Positions 17,935-28,600 of a DNA stretch of 64,000 nucleotides are shown here, one piece after another (the stretch's first letter is position 1; every line of letters starts with the position of its first letter). The DNA comes from an uncultured Gemmatimonadales bacterium. GTDB lineage: Bacteria; Gemmatimonadota; Gemmatimonadetes; Gemmatimonadales; Gemmatimonadaceae. Position numbers and translations under genes: made by a program. The notes beneath the pieces are model-generated. The model did not search any database, had not been told where the DNA came from, and was given only the letters and a program-made list of their open reading frames with translations. Location of the stretch: NCBI GenBank assembly GCA_963793305.1, contig CAWBZV010000005.1, forward strand, positions 1,248,001 to 1,312,000, written 5' to 3'.

Positions 17935-19676
17935 TCACTTGGCGTCAGACTGTGTTCGTGATGGGATTCGCCGGCGTCGCGGGGGCACAGACCGATCCGC
18001 GCGTCGGCCTCGCCGGAGGCCACTATGTCGAGGCGGCCGACGCGAGCAGCAACATGCAGCTCATCGCGCATAAGGATCGGCCGAAGCCATTCTTCAACCC
18101 GAACGATCCCGGCGATTTCTACGTGATCAACTCGGACCTCGCGTTCCACGAGAACCTGGTCTTCCAGGGTAATTTCTACGGCATCCAGATCTGGGACGTC
18201 GCGGACATCCGGAACCCGGTCCTGAAAACGTCGCTCGTCTGTCCCGGTGGCCAGGGCGATCCGTCCGTCTACGGCAACTTGATGTTCATGTCCGTCGAGA
18301 TGCTGAACGGACGCGTCGACTGCGGCACCCAGGGCGTGAAGGACACGGTGAGCCCGGATCGGTTCAGGGGCGTTCGGGTGTTCGACATCAGCGATGTCGC
18401 GCACCCCAAGCAGATCGCCGCCGTGCAAACGTGCCGCGGCTCGCACACGCACACGCTGATCCCCGACCCCAAGGACAAGAACGTCCTCTGGATCTACGTG
18501 CAGGGAACCTCGCCGTCCCGTCCGGCGGGCGAGTTGGCGGGTTGCTCGGGCGCTCCGCCGGAGCAGGATCCGAACACGTCGCTCTTCCGGATCGACATCA
18601 TCAAGGTGCCGCTCGACCACCCGCAAGACGCGAAAGTCGTTGCCGGCCCGCGCATCTTCGCCTTGAATGGCCAGATCAACGGCCTATGGAAGGGCGGCAA
18701 GCACGGCGAGGGCACGCAGGAGACGTCGACGACCGACCAGTGCCATGACATCACGGCCTACCCGGCGATCGGCCTCGCGGCCGGCGCCTGCTCTGGCAAC
18801 GGGATTTTGCTCGACATCACGAACCCCGGCGAGCCGAAGCGCGTCGCCGAAGTCAGCGATCCGAACTTCGCCTACTTCCACTCGGCGACGTTCAGCAACG
18901 ACGGGAAGAAGGTGATCTTCACCGATGAGTGGGGCGGTGGCGCCCTGCCGCGTTGCCGCGCGAGCGATCCCAAGAACTGGGGCGCGGACGCGATCTTCTC
19001 GATCGGCGCCGACCACAAGCTCACGCTCGACGGGTATTACAAGCTGCCGGCGCCGCAGACCGAGACCGAGAACTGCGTCGCGCACAACGGCTCGCTGATC
19101 CCGGTGCCAGGCCGCGACATCCTCGCGCAAGGATGGTATCAGGGCGGCGTCTCGATCTATGATTTCACGGATCCGGCGCACGCGCAGGAGATCGCATTCT
19201 TCGATCGTGGCCCGCTCGACACCAAGACGCTCTACATCGCCGGCGACTGGGCGGCGTACTGGTACAACGGCTACGTGTACGGATCCGAGATCGCGCGCGG
19301 ACTCGACATCTTCGAGCTCCAGCCGAGCCAGTATCTGTCGAAGAACGAGCTCGACGCGGCCAAGCTCGTCAAGATCGGCACGTCGAATCCGTCGGACCAG
19401 CCGAAGATCGTATGGCCCGCGGCGTTCGTCGTCGCGCGTGCCTATCTCGACCAGCTCGAACGGATGAACGGCCTGGGCACTGACCGTATTGCCGCGATCC
19501 GCGGTGATCTGGACAAAGCGGAGCAGATGTCCGGCGCGCAGCAAAAGTCAGCCTTGGACAAACTCGCCAAGCAGACCGAGGCTGATGCAAAGAACGCGAA
19601 GGACGCCGACCGCGTGCATTGGCTGACCAGTACGATCAAGGGACTGGCTGGCGAGAAGACCGGGAACGGCGGGTGA
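17931..19676 (+). CDS. Secreted LVIVD-repeat beta-propeller protein
   Basis: NSDLAF, CPGGQGD, CRGSHTHT, CHDIT, ENCVAHN. Confidence 0.82.
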   Translation: MITWRQTVFVMGFAGVAGAQTDPRVGLAGGHYVEAADASSNMQLIAHKDRPKPFFNPNDPGDFYVINSDLAFHENLVFQGNFYGIQIWDVADIRNPVLKTSLVCPGGQGDPSVYGNLMFMSVEMLNGRVDCGTQGVKDTVSPDRFRGVRVFDISDVAHPKQIAAVQTCRGSHTHTLIPDPKDKNVLWIYVQGTSPSRPAGELAGCSGAPPEQDPNTSLFRIDIIKVPLDHPQDAKVVAGPRIFALNGQINGLWKGGKHGEGTQETSTTDQCHDITAYPAIGLAAGACSGNGILLDITNPGEPKRVAEVSDPNFAYFHSATFSNDGKKVIFTDEWGGGALPRCRASDPKNWGADAIFSIGADHKLTLDGYYKLPAPQTETENCVAHNGSLIPVPGRDILAQGWYQGGVSIYDFTDPAHAQEIAFFDRGPLDTKTLYIAGDWAAYWYNGYVYGSEIARGLDIFELQPSQYLSKNELDAAKLVKIGTSNPSDQPKIVWPAAFVVARAYLDQLERMNGLGTDRIAAIRGDLDKAEQMSGAQQKSALDKLAKQTEADAKNAKDADRVHWLTSTIKGLAGEKTGNGG

Positions 19677-19718
19677 TCGTCGGCGTTCGACTGGCACCCC
19701 GAGCGTGGGTGCCAGTCG

Positions 19719-20540
19719 CTACGGCCGCTGCGCCGGCCGGATCAGCGGACACGAGAGTCGCGGGAATTCGATGCGGAGCAGGAGCTCCGGCCGGGCAAAT
19801 GAGTTGATCTTCAACAGCGTCGTTTCCGCCGAGCAGATCGAATTGATGGCGGTGAACGACACGCTGTCCTCGTGCCGGATCCAGTTCGGTGGAACGACCG
19901 TCTTCTCGGCGTCCACGTACGCGCGGAACTTCTCCTCGATGGACGTGAACGGAGCCGGGTTCGTCGTCCGGCATTCATACACCTGGGGGCGCGTCACGGA
20001 AAACCGCGTCAATGTGCATTCGTCGCGTGCCGTGAGCGACAGGCTCGTTCGGTACGGCGTAGGGGACCATGGCGGTGCCACCCCGTCTCCCATGACCACC
20101 GGCCAAAAATCGCGCCCATCCACTTCGTGATAGAGGCTATCCAGGTCATGGGCCCACCGGTGTACGTCTCGCTCGCGCGCGAGGTTGACGCTATCAGGGA
20201 CCGTTGGGGCGGGTGGTGGGGGCGGCACATGCGTCGGGACGCCCAGGATCGCGATGATCGCAAGGCTCATGATCGCGAGAATGACTAGGAAATCGCGTCC
20301 CGATTTCCGCGGTGCTTGGATCGCCACGATCACCAGGGCGATGATCGAGACCAGCACCACGAGGATGAGCAGAGGCGCTTTCGCTGGCATGGCGATGGCG
20401 ATAACGATCACGACGAGCGCGAGCACGATGATGCCGGCGAAGGGCGGAACCCCGCCAGGAGGCATCCGACGGACGGCCTCGGTCAGCAGACCGAGGAACG
20501 CCCGCACAATGGTCGTGTTCGGATCGCCGCCGCCACTCAT
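19719..20540 (-). CDS. Hypothetical membrane protein (several TM segments, Pro linker, Cys-containing soluble domain)
   Basis: Hydrophobic segments, PPPPPAP linker, GGA-rich RBS. Confidence 0.65.
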   Translation of the reverse strand: MSGGGDPNTTIVRAFLGLLTEAVRRMPPGGVPPFAGIIVLALVVIVIAIAMPAKAPLLILVVLVSIIALVIVAIQAPRKSGRDFLVILAIMSLAIIAILGVPTHVPPPPPAPTVPDSVNLARERDVHRWAHDLDSLYHEVDGRDFWPVVMGDGVAPPWSPTPYRTSLSLTARDECTLTRFSVTRPQVYECRTTNPAPFTSIEEKFRAYVDAEKTVVPPNWIRHEDSVSFTAINSICSAETTLLKINSFARPELLLRIEFPRLSCPLIRPAQRP

Positions 20541-20756
20541 GTCGTCCGTCCCGGTCAGTCACCCCGGCGTCGCGGGACGGGCAGGCGACGAGCGCCGCTC
20601 GACACACGACTTCGGGTTGGGTCACTCGAACGGCAATCCAAGGCGGCTTCTCGGGGACGGCCGAATCGAACAGTGTTTGTTTTGTCCGTACCACAGCTAG
20701 GCCCGTTGTGATCTAGCCGTGATCCATTAAGACAGTCTAACACTGCACGGTGTGAC

Positions 20757-20792
20757 TGAACAGGCACATTGAACAGGCACATTTCTGACAGC
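20757..20792. repeat. Tandem 13-bp repeat plus left copy of the 21-bp motif
   Basis: TGAACAGGCACAT twice (20757-20782); AACAGGCA-CAT-TTCTGACAGC at 20772-20792. Confidence 0.75.
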
Positions 20793-20881
20793 ACGTGGTA
20801 TTTACGCGACAAACGGTCGCGAGTTTATCCAGTGCGTCAACTACAAGTAACGATTGTGGTTGTTTGACAAGTACTGTCTTA

Positions 20882-22261
20882 TTACACGACAGTATGCATG
20901 TCGAGTCTGCTCAACATATCGCGGTCGGACCGAGACGGAAAGGCGCTATCGCCAACTGAGCTCGTAAGGGTCCGCGACTGATGTCGCAGAGTGAGAATGA
21001 CATGCTCGATCTCTTCGACCGCTGCCGGCAGAACCGCCGGTGGCGTGCGCGGCTCTTTCTTAGTCAGGCCCAGAGCCGCTAGCCCTTCCTCCGCCTCACG
21101 GAGGTGCCTCGCCAAACCGAACCGGCGCGCCAGGCGGGCCGCTCGCTGGAATGTGAGCCGCGCGAACTCGGGTGCCTCAAAGGCGCCGTACCCCTCGGCC
21201 ACTTCAATCAGGTTTTCGACCCGCAGCGACGCGGGCATGGGACATCGCGCTAGGGTCACGCGGAACGCATCGAACGTCTCGCGATCGCCATCCGCGACGG
21301 CGATCATGATGATGTTGTTCCCGCACGCCCACTTGTTCGCTCGATCGGTCGCTGAAAAGAATGCGGCCTGGCAGGCGCGACGGGCCGCGACGCGCCGACC
21401 GAGACGGAACAGCGAGCGTCCTAGATCATTGAGGGCACGGCTTCGCTGTTCCCGCTGCGTGTAATTGTGCAGGGCGGTGCCGAGGTATTCGATCGCGGTG
21501 CAGAAGTCGGCATCCTGTTGCGAGACGAGACCCATCTGATGCGCGACGACGCCGCGATTGTGGGCCGCGAGCGCGCGGAGGTCCGGAGAGCCGATGACGT
21601 CCGGCCGGGCCAACACGTCGTCGAGTATCGCGCGCGCGGTCTCCAGACGGTGATTGACCTGATATAGCCGCGCCTGCGCGATGAGCAGCAACAATTCGGT
21701 GCGTCGGTCGCCAAAGAGCGCCGCCGCCGCCAGCCCGGTGTGATACGCGCGAATGCCCAACGACAGGTGCCCGAGCTCCCGGAAACAACTCCCCAACCGA
21801 AGGTGCGCATGCGGAATCCTATCGCGGAGACCGGCATTCCGTGCCGCCTCGATCACGAGCTCATAGACGTTCGCGGCGGGCCCGAACTCTCCGGTCTGCT
21901 CCAGACGAGCCGCGTACTCGGAGAGGGCGTCCACCACGACCCCCGCCACCGGACTGCCTACGACAATGCCATCCAGAATCTTGCCCAGACACGCGCGGGT
22001 CGCGGCGGGTCGCACCGCCCGGATGGCGTGGCGGACTTTGAGGAACGCGCGGTCGCCGAACGCCGCGCGCCGCTCACGGGAGAGCGCGGCGTCGGCCATC
22101 TCGAGCACCAGGGCGCCCGCCCAGTAGCGTTGCCACCGTGCGGAACCGACGCGCGACTGACGCAACGCGACCGCGAACGCTTCGTGGCGGGTGTCGCGAC
22201 TTTCTGTTGGGAGCGTAATGTGATGCAAGTGTTGAGACACAGGAGGCCCGGGCGTGTACAC
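20882..22261 (-). CDS. Cytoplasmic TPR-repeat protein (start uncertain)
   Basis: TPR-like helices AHLRLGSCFRELG, AAHNRGVVAHQMG, ALNDLGRSLFRLG; no signal peptide. Confidence 0.75.
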   Translation of the reverse strand: MYTPGPPVSQHLHHITLPTESRDTRHEAFAVALRQSRVGSARWQRYWAGALVLEMADAALSRERRAAFGDRAFLKVRHAIRAVRPAATRACLGKILDGIVVGSPVAGVVVDALSEYAARLEQTGEFGPAANVYELVIEAARNAGLRDRIPHAHLRLGSCFRELGHLSLGIRAYHTGLAAAALFGDRRTELLLLIAQARLYQVNHRLETARAILDDVLARPDVIGSPDLRALAAHNRGVVAHQMGLVSQQDADFCTAIEYLGTALHNYTQREQRSRALNDLGRSLFRLGRRVAARRACQAAFFSATDRANKWACGNNIIMIAVADGDRETFDAFRVTLARCPMPASLRVENLIEVAEGYGAFEAPEFARLTFQRAARLARRFGLARHLREAEEGLAALGLTKKEPRTPPAVLPAAVEEIEHVILTLRHQSRTLTSSVGDSAFPSRSDRDMLSRLDMHTVV

Positions 22262-22263
22262 CG

Positions 22264-22292
22264 TGTATACGCTGTGGTCGAAGTCCAGTCAA
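22264..22292 (-). promoter_or_regulatory. Candidate promoter of the TPR gene
   Basis: TTGACT-N17-TATACA on the minus strand, overlapped by imperfect palindrome CGTGTACA-CCG-TGTATACG. Confidence 0.45.
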
Positions 22293-22332
22293 CCGGTGTG
22301 GAAACATCTTCGCCTCGCTCGCACCGCCGCCA

Positions 22333-22362
22333 GTCGGCGGCAGCCCAACGGCCACCGCCGAC
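22333..22362 (-). terminator. GC-rich hairpin immediately after the peptide gene
   Basis: GTCGGCGG..CCGCCGAC stem extended by G-U pairs; no U-tract, so it may be a stabiliser or processing hairpin. Confidence 0.5.
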
Positions 22363-22370
22363 CTCGTGGC

Positions 22371-22514
22371 CTAGCAGGGCGAGTTCGTCGTGCCAGCCCC
22401 CGACGAGCTGCCACCGCCGCAATCGCTGCGCACCGGAGACGTGGGTGTCGTGCACGCGACCATGAGAGTCGATGCGAGCGCGATGGCGATGAGGACCTTC
22501 AGACGCACGATCAT
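22371..22514 (-). CDS. 47-aa lipoprotein-like peptide MIVRLKVLIAIALASTLMVACTTPTSPVRSDCGGGSSSGAGTTNSPC
   Basis: Translated by hand (below the ORF-track cutoff); RBS GAGGTG; basic n-region, hydrophobic h-region, lipobox MVA-C21. Confidence 0.8.
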   Translation of the reverse strand: MIVRLKVLIAIALASTLMVACTTPTSPVRSDCGGGSSSGAGTTNSPC

Positions 22515-22697
22515 GGAGCACCTCGACAAAAGTGGATGTGAGTGTTCCTACATCCCTCATGTCGATCGGCCCGCCGCTACTACTGATCGAGTCGCGCCCT
22601 CGTGGCGCTCGATGCCGAATTGCAGGGGGCATCGAATGTCATGTCACGACTGGCCGTTCCGCTCCGCCTGTCGCGTCATCATCTTGCCTGCGCAATG

Positions 22698-22728
22698 GCT
22701 GTCAGAATCATGCCTGTTTCTGTCAGAA
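22698..22728. promoter_or_regulatory. 9-12-9 direct repeat; right (inverted) copy of the 21-bp motif
   Basis: CTGTCAGAA (22699-22707), 12-bp spacer, CTGTCAGAA (22720-22728). Confidence 0.65.
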
Positions 22729-22745
22729 AACTGCCCGAATCAACG

Positions 22746-23532
22746 TCACGTCGTCGCGAGCTTTCGCCTCGCCATCGGTCGCGCGAACGCCATCGCCGGG
22801 TTGTGCTGCTTGCCCTCGAGAATCTTCCGATAGTAAGGCGTAGCCGCCGTCGGATCCCCTGATCGCTCGTAAGCCATGGCGAGCAGGCACAGAATAAATG
22901 GATCGCGCTGATCCGCCTGACCCAGATCCGCGATCGCGGTCTTAAAGTCGCCCGTGTACAAGGCGACATACCCGGTGAGATACGGGAAGAATCGCTTCTG
23001 GTCCGGGTTCGTGCCCTTGTCCAAGAATGGCCTTGGCCGCGGCCACATGGGTCCGTGCATCAGGGGCGTTGCCACGCCGGGCCGCAATACGCGCCTGCGC
23101 GTGCTCCCATCGGAAATCCCAGAGATCTTTGGACGTGTCGCTGAGATTCGGCTGCTTGAGCGCGAGCTCGTGACCCGTCCGGTACGTCGTGAGCGCGTCG
23201 TTCAAGTCGCCGCACTCGAGCAACAGGCGCCCGAGCTCATTGGACACGTCGGCGGCGCCATTGTAGTCCTTGCTCGCCACCCTCGGGTCGATCACCTGGT
23301 GCTCGTACCGGCTGATGTCCCGCGTATCACAGGTGAACGCGTACGAGATCGCCAGGCTGCGCCGCGCCGGCGTCTTCGCCGAGTCGGTCGGCGCCTTCTC
23401 GATGGCCTGTGACAGCTTCGCCCGTGCCTCGGCGTAATGGCCGTCCAGATCCAGCGCCGCGCCTTGCGCGATCAGAGACGTCGAGTCGGGCGCTTGCACC
23501 AGTGCCAGTGCCAGCAAAGCGGTCGCAATCAT
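22746..23532 (-). CDS. Secreted TPR-like protein (one extra base at 23023-23024)
   Basis: Signal peptide MIATALLALALVQ; deleting one base joins ..AAAKAIL to DKGTNPDQKRFFPYLTGYVALY (262 codons). Confidence 0.75.
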
Positions 23533-23544
23533 AGAATACACCCC

Positions 23545-24862
23545 ATGAGAAACGTTCTGGTCGTTGCACTCATTCTGGGTTGTGGCCACCCATCTACGCA
23601 AGCCGCGCCCGCCCGAGCAGATGTTCAGAATGGGTCTGGTCCGCGACCCGAAGCTGGCGGCCGCCCTCGGCGACATCTCGGCCGCCAGGATCCGCGCGAC
23701 GGACTCGACGCTCGCCGCGTTCGGTACCCGCCACGCGATGAGCGACACGGTCTCGTCGACCCGCGGGGTCGGCGCGGCCCGGCGCTGGATCTTCTCGACG
23801 CTGTCCAGCTATTCGTCCGACTGCGGCGGCTGCCTGCGCATCGAGTACGACCCGGCCATGGTCACCATCCAACGCGACCCGCAAAAGCGCAGCGTCAATA
23901 TCGTCAACGTGCTCGCCTGGCTTCCGGGGCGCGACACCAACCGCGTGATCGTCATGGGCGGGCACTACGACTCGTGCCGGTGCTCGATGGACTCGTTCGA
24001 TGGGGTCAACGATGCCCCCGGCGCCGATGACGATGGCACCGGCTCGTCCGCCGTCATCGAGCTGGCCCGCGTGTTCTCGCACCGCTACCCGCACGGCCTG
24101 GACGCCACGATCATCTTCGCGCTCTACTCCGGCGAAGAATTGGGACTCCTCGGCTCGACACACCTGGCGGAACGTCTCCACAAATCGGGCTATCATGTCG
24201 TCGCGGGCATGACCGATGACATCGACGGCAACGTCGTGGCCGAGGATGGCAAAGTCGACTCGACCTCGGTAAGAATTTTCGCCGCAGACCCCGATAATAG
24301 TCCAAGCCGCGAGCTCGGTCGCTATGTGTGGGCGCTGGACGCGATCTATGAGCCCAATTTTATCGCGCTGCCCGTCTACCGCGTCGATCGTATTCATCGC
24401 GGCGGCGACCACATGCCGTTCGTCGGCGCCGGCGACGCGGGACTTCGGTTCACCGAGCGCCTGGAGAACTACACACGCCAGCACCTGCCGACCGACGACT
24501 TCGCCCACGTGAACTTCGGCTACACCTCACGCGTCGCCATACTCAACGGCGCGACGGTTGGCTCGCTCGCCGCGGCGCCGGCGACACCGGATAGCGTCGT
24601 TGCCACACGCGACGCAGCGGGCGGCGGCCAAAATTGGAAGATCACCTGGAAGCCGGTGGCAGGCGCGGCCCGCTATGAAGTGCTGTTGCGCACGACGACG
24701 GCCGCGACGTACGAGCGCGTGCTCGATGCCGGCGCGGGTCCACCGTTCGCGCTCAACGAGCAACTCGATGATCTCTGGGCGGGTGTTCGCGCCGTGGGAC
24801 CTGACGGCGCGCGGTCACTCACCGCGACGATTCCACCTCCAGTCCCACTGGTAACGCGCTAA
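23545..24862 (+). CDS. M28 family metallopeptidase, probable lipoprotein (one extra base near 23608-23610)
   Basis: GGHYDS, GADDDGTG, GEELGL, GGDH; signal MRNVLVVALILGC lies in the adjacent frame (439 codons when corrected). Confidence 0.88.
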
Positions 24863-25647
24863 TGCGGGTCGTGAGCCTGGCCGTGTACTTGCCCGTACCG
24901 TACGCGGCCCAGCGCCTCACGACACTCGGCGCCGAGGTCACGGCGGTGGAGCCCCCTGGCGGAGATCCATTCGCCGAGTGGTGCCCGGAGTACTACGCGC
25001 AACTCCGCGCCGGACAGCGCGTCGTTCGCCTCGATATCAAATCACTTGATGGCCGCGCCGCACTGGACACGCTTCTGGGTGAGGCTGATCTACTCCTGAC
25101 TGCCTCGCGCCCGGCGTCACTGCGCCGCCTTGGCCTGGATTGGGAGCATTTGCACGCCAAGTATCCGAGACTCTCTCACGTCGCGCTCGTCGGTTGGGAA
25201 TCGCCCGATGATGAGCGGCCGTCGCATGATCTGATGCTTCAAGCTCTGGCCGGTCTCACGTCGCCACCCGAGCTCCCGAAGACAACTATTGCCGATCTTG
25301 CGGCCGGTGAGCAGATCGTGAGCGCGGGACTGGCATTGTTGCTCAGCGGTCGACCCGGCTGCACGACGGTCTCGCTCGAAGCCGCGGCACGAGCGTTCGC
25401 CGAACCGTTCCGACATGGCCTGACAACGCCCGGCGCATTGCTCGGCGGCGGCCTTCCCGCGTATCGGTTCTATCGAGCGAAAGACAACTGGGTCGCCGTC
25501 GCCGCGCTCGAGCCGCACTTCTGGTCCGCGCTCACCGACGCGCTCGGCAACGATCTCGAGACCGCGTTCGCCGCGGAGACCGCCGACCATTGGGAACGAT
25601 GGGCCGCCGAGCATGGCATCCCTCTCGTCGCGGCGCGCCAACGATAG
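24862..25647 (+). CDS. CaiB/BaiF family CoA-transferase (short form)
   Basis: LGAEVTAVEPPGGDP, HDL, ADLAAG, YRFYRAKD..VAVAALEPHFW. Confidence 0.82.
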   Translation: MRVVSLAVYLPVPYAAQRLTTLGAEVTAVEPPGGDPFAEWCPEYYAQLRAGQRVVRLDIKSLDGRAALDTLLGEADLLLTASRPASLRRLGLDWEHLHAKYPRLSHVALVGWESPDDERPSHDLMLQALAGLTSPPELPKTTIADLAAGEQIVSAGLALLLSGRPGCTTVSLEAAARAFAEPFRHGLTTPGALLGGGLPAYRFYRAKDNWVAVAALEPHFWSALTDALGNDLETAFAAETADHWERWAAEHGIPLVAARQR

Positions 25648-25672
25648 CGCCTCGCGACCTGTACGTACTGGA

Positions 25673-28600
25673 GTGAAGGCCCTTTGGCTCCTCTGCATCG
25701 TCGCGTTGGTCGGTCCGCTCAGGGCGCAGGTCGGCTCGACCACGGACATCATCATGGGCAAGGTGACGTCGCCCGACGGCCAACCGGTTGTCGGGGCGAT
25801 CGTGAGCGTGACCTCGCTCTACGGTAACATCGTCCGGCAGAAGGAGACGACCGCGAACGGACACTATTCGGTGCTGTTCCCGGACGGCGGCGGACAGTAT
25901 CGCGTCGAGATCCGCTCGGTCGGATTCGCGCCGGCGACCGTGCTCGTCGTGCGCCAGGCAGACGAAGATCGCCTGGTCGCCGACGTGCAGCTCAGGACGA
26001 ACGTGCCCGTCCTGAACACGGTGACGACGCGCGCGCAGCGCAACAACCGCGGTGACGCGGCCAACGCGGGATCCACTGGACTGACACTGACACCGGCGCA
26101 GATCGAGAAGCTGCCCATCGACGGCAGCGACCTCGCCACGCTGGCGGCGCTCGCACCCGGCGTCGTCGCCATCACCTCGACCGACACGACGGATGCGGCG
26201 TTCTCGGTCGCCGGTCAGCGCCCGACACTCAACAACACCACGGTCGATGGCATCAGCTTCGGCGGGACTGCCGTGCCCACAGAGGCGACACGCCGCACGC
26301 GCGTGATCACGAACAGCTACGATGTCGCCCGCGGACAGTTCACGGGCGGTCAGGTCGCCACGACCACCCGCGGCGGATCGAACGACTTCCAGGGCTCGTT
26401 CGGCTCGCAAGTGCGAAGCCCCGACTTCGCGTTCGGGCAGCAAGGTCCGACGGCGTTCGGCCAACTGCGCAACCAGCTGCAGTTCAGTGGTGGCCTGGGC
26501 GGACCGATCGTGCCCAATCGACTGTTCTCGTACACGGCAGGGCAGTTCAGCCGCCGCTACGATGATCTCATCTCGCTGCTCAACGTCGACCCCGCGACGC
26601 TGGCCGAGCTGGGCATCTCGCCGGACACCGCGCAATTGTTCATCAAGCGCGTCAAGTCCCTCGGATTGCCGACCACGGCGCCGAGCGTGCCGGGCATTCG
26701 CGGGACGAACACGGGCATCTTCTTCCAGCGATTCGACTGGCTGGCGAGCGACGATGAGACGCTCATGCTGCGGTTCGATTGGCGAGCGACCTCACAAGAT
26801 GGCGCGCGCATCAACGCCCTGACGCTGCCGACCACGGGCACCGCCGGCTCAAACGCGGGCGGCGGCGTCATGCTCGCGCTCACATTGCACGTGAGCGACA
26901 TCGCCATCAACGAGTTTCGGGCCTACGTGACGCACGCGCAGACGAGCTCCGATCCGTACCTGCCGATTCCGGCGGGCCGCGTGACGATCGTGCCCAACGA
27001 AGGCGATACGTCCGACGTCCAGTCGGTCAACAATTTCGGCGTCTCGTCGCTGTCGTTCGGCGGCACGCCCGGTGTCGCCACGCACACGCACAACGACTTC
27101 GTCGAGTCGACCGACGAGGTCTCGCTCCTGTCCACGGGCGGTGGTCATCGGATCAAGCTCGGTTGGCTCGTGCATCTGGCGCGATTCGGCCAGAACCTGA
27201 CGCCGAACCAGCAAGGCACCTACGGCTACCAGACGTTCGGACAATTCCTGGCCGACTCACCGGCAACGTTCACGCGCGAGTTCGGCGTTCAGAGCACGGA
27301 GGCCCGCACGTATGCGGGCGCGGTCTATGTGGGAGACGCCTGGCGCGCGGGCACGCTGCAGTTGACGTATGGGGCTCGCGTCGAAGGGAACCTCGAGTCG
27401 GGCGCGCCCGCGCTCGATCCACAGATTGCGTCGTTGTTCGATCGCCGCACGAACTACTGGCCCGGCGAAGTCCACGCGAGCCCCCGCGTCGGCTTTCAGT
27501 GGCTCATTGGATCGCTGAGCGGCAATCGACAACAAGAAGGCGGCGGGAATGCGCGCACGTTTGCGGCGCCCTTGCTCACCCTGCGCGGCGGATTCGGCGA
27601 ATTCCGAGCGCCGGTCCCACAGAGTCTCTATCCGTCGTTGCAATCGGCGACGGGCCTCGCCGGCGCCGAGTCGCAACTCATCTGCGTCGGGCCGCAGGTG
27701 CCGGAGCCGGACTGGCCAGGGTACGCGGATGGCACCGGCGCGCCACCGACGACGTGCGTGGCCGGAGCGTTCCCACCGGACACGCTAGGCCTGGGCGCGC
27801 GCAGCACCGTGACGACGTTCGCGCCGGATTTCGAGGCACCACGCGCGTGGCGTGGATCGCTGGGCGCGACCCGGCGGCTCACCAGTCATATCAGCCTCGC
27901 CGTCGACGCCAGTTACGCGAGAGGCGTCGCGCTCTTCGGCGTCACGGACCTCAATCTCAATACCCACCCGCAGTTCACGATCCCCAACGAAGACAATCGC
28001 CCGGTCTTCGTGACGCCGACATCCGTCGATCCGGTCACCGGAGGAGCAGCGTTCGGCTCATCGCGCCTCCACCCGGCGTTTGGCGAGGTGCTCTCGCTCA
28101 ACTCGAACCTGGGCTCCGAGACCAAGCAACTCACGGCCAACGTATCGGGTTACACGGACCGGGGGGTCACGTACACGCTCGCCTACACGTACTCGAACGT
28201 GCGCGACCAGTCGTCGTTCTCCGGCGGGTCGGCCGCCGGCGGCTTCGTGTCGGCGCCGACCGCGGGGAACCCCAACTCGCTCCCGTGGACGACGAGCGAC
28301 CTCCAACGCACGCATTCGTTCGTCGGCACACTGATCTTCCCACTCTCGCAACTCGTCGAGCTCACATTGACGGCGCAGCTCTCCTCCGGCGCGCCGTACA
28401 CGCCGATCGTCAACGGGGACGTGAACGGCGATGGCTCGGGGCGGAACGACCGGGCATTCGTGTTCGACCCGTCGAATCCCGCGACGGCGCCGGGCGTCGC
28501 CACGGCCATGCGCACGTTGCTCTCGACCGGCGAGGCGTCGATCCGCGACTGTCTCAAGAGTCAGATCGGGACGATCGCCGGACGCAATACGTGTGATGGC

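Noticed and set aside
22371..22514. RiPP precursor interpretation of the 47-aa peptide
   Set aside because: No modifying enzyme (radical SAM, YcaO, LanM, lasso cyclase) is nearby, and the N-terminus is a lipoprotein signal rather than a RiPP leader.
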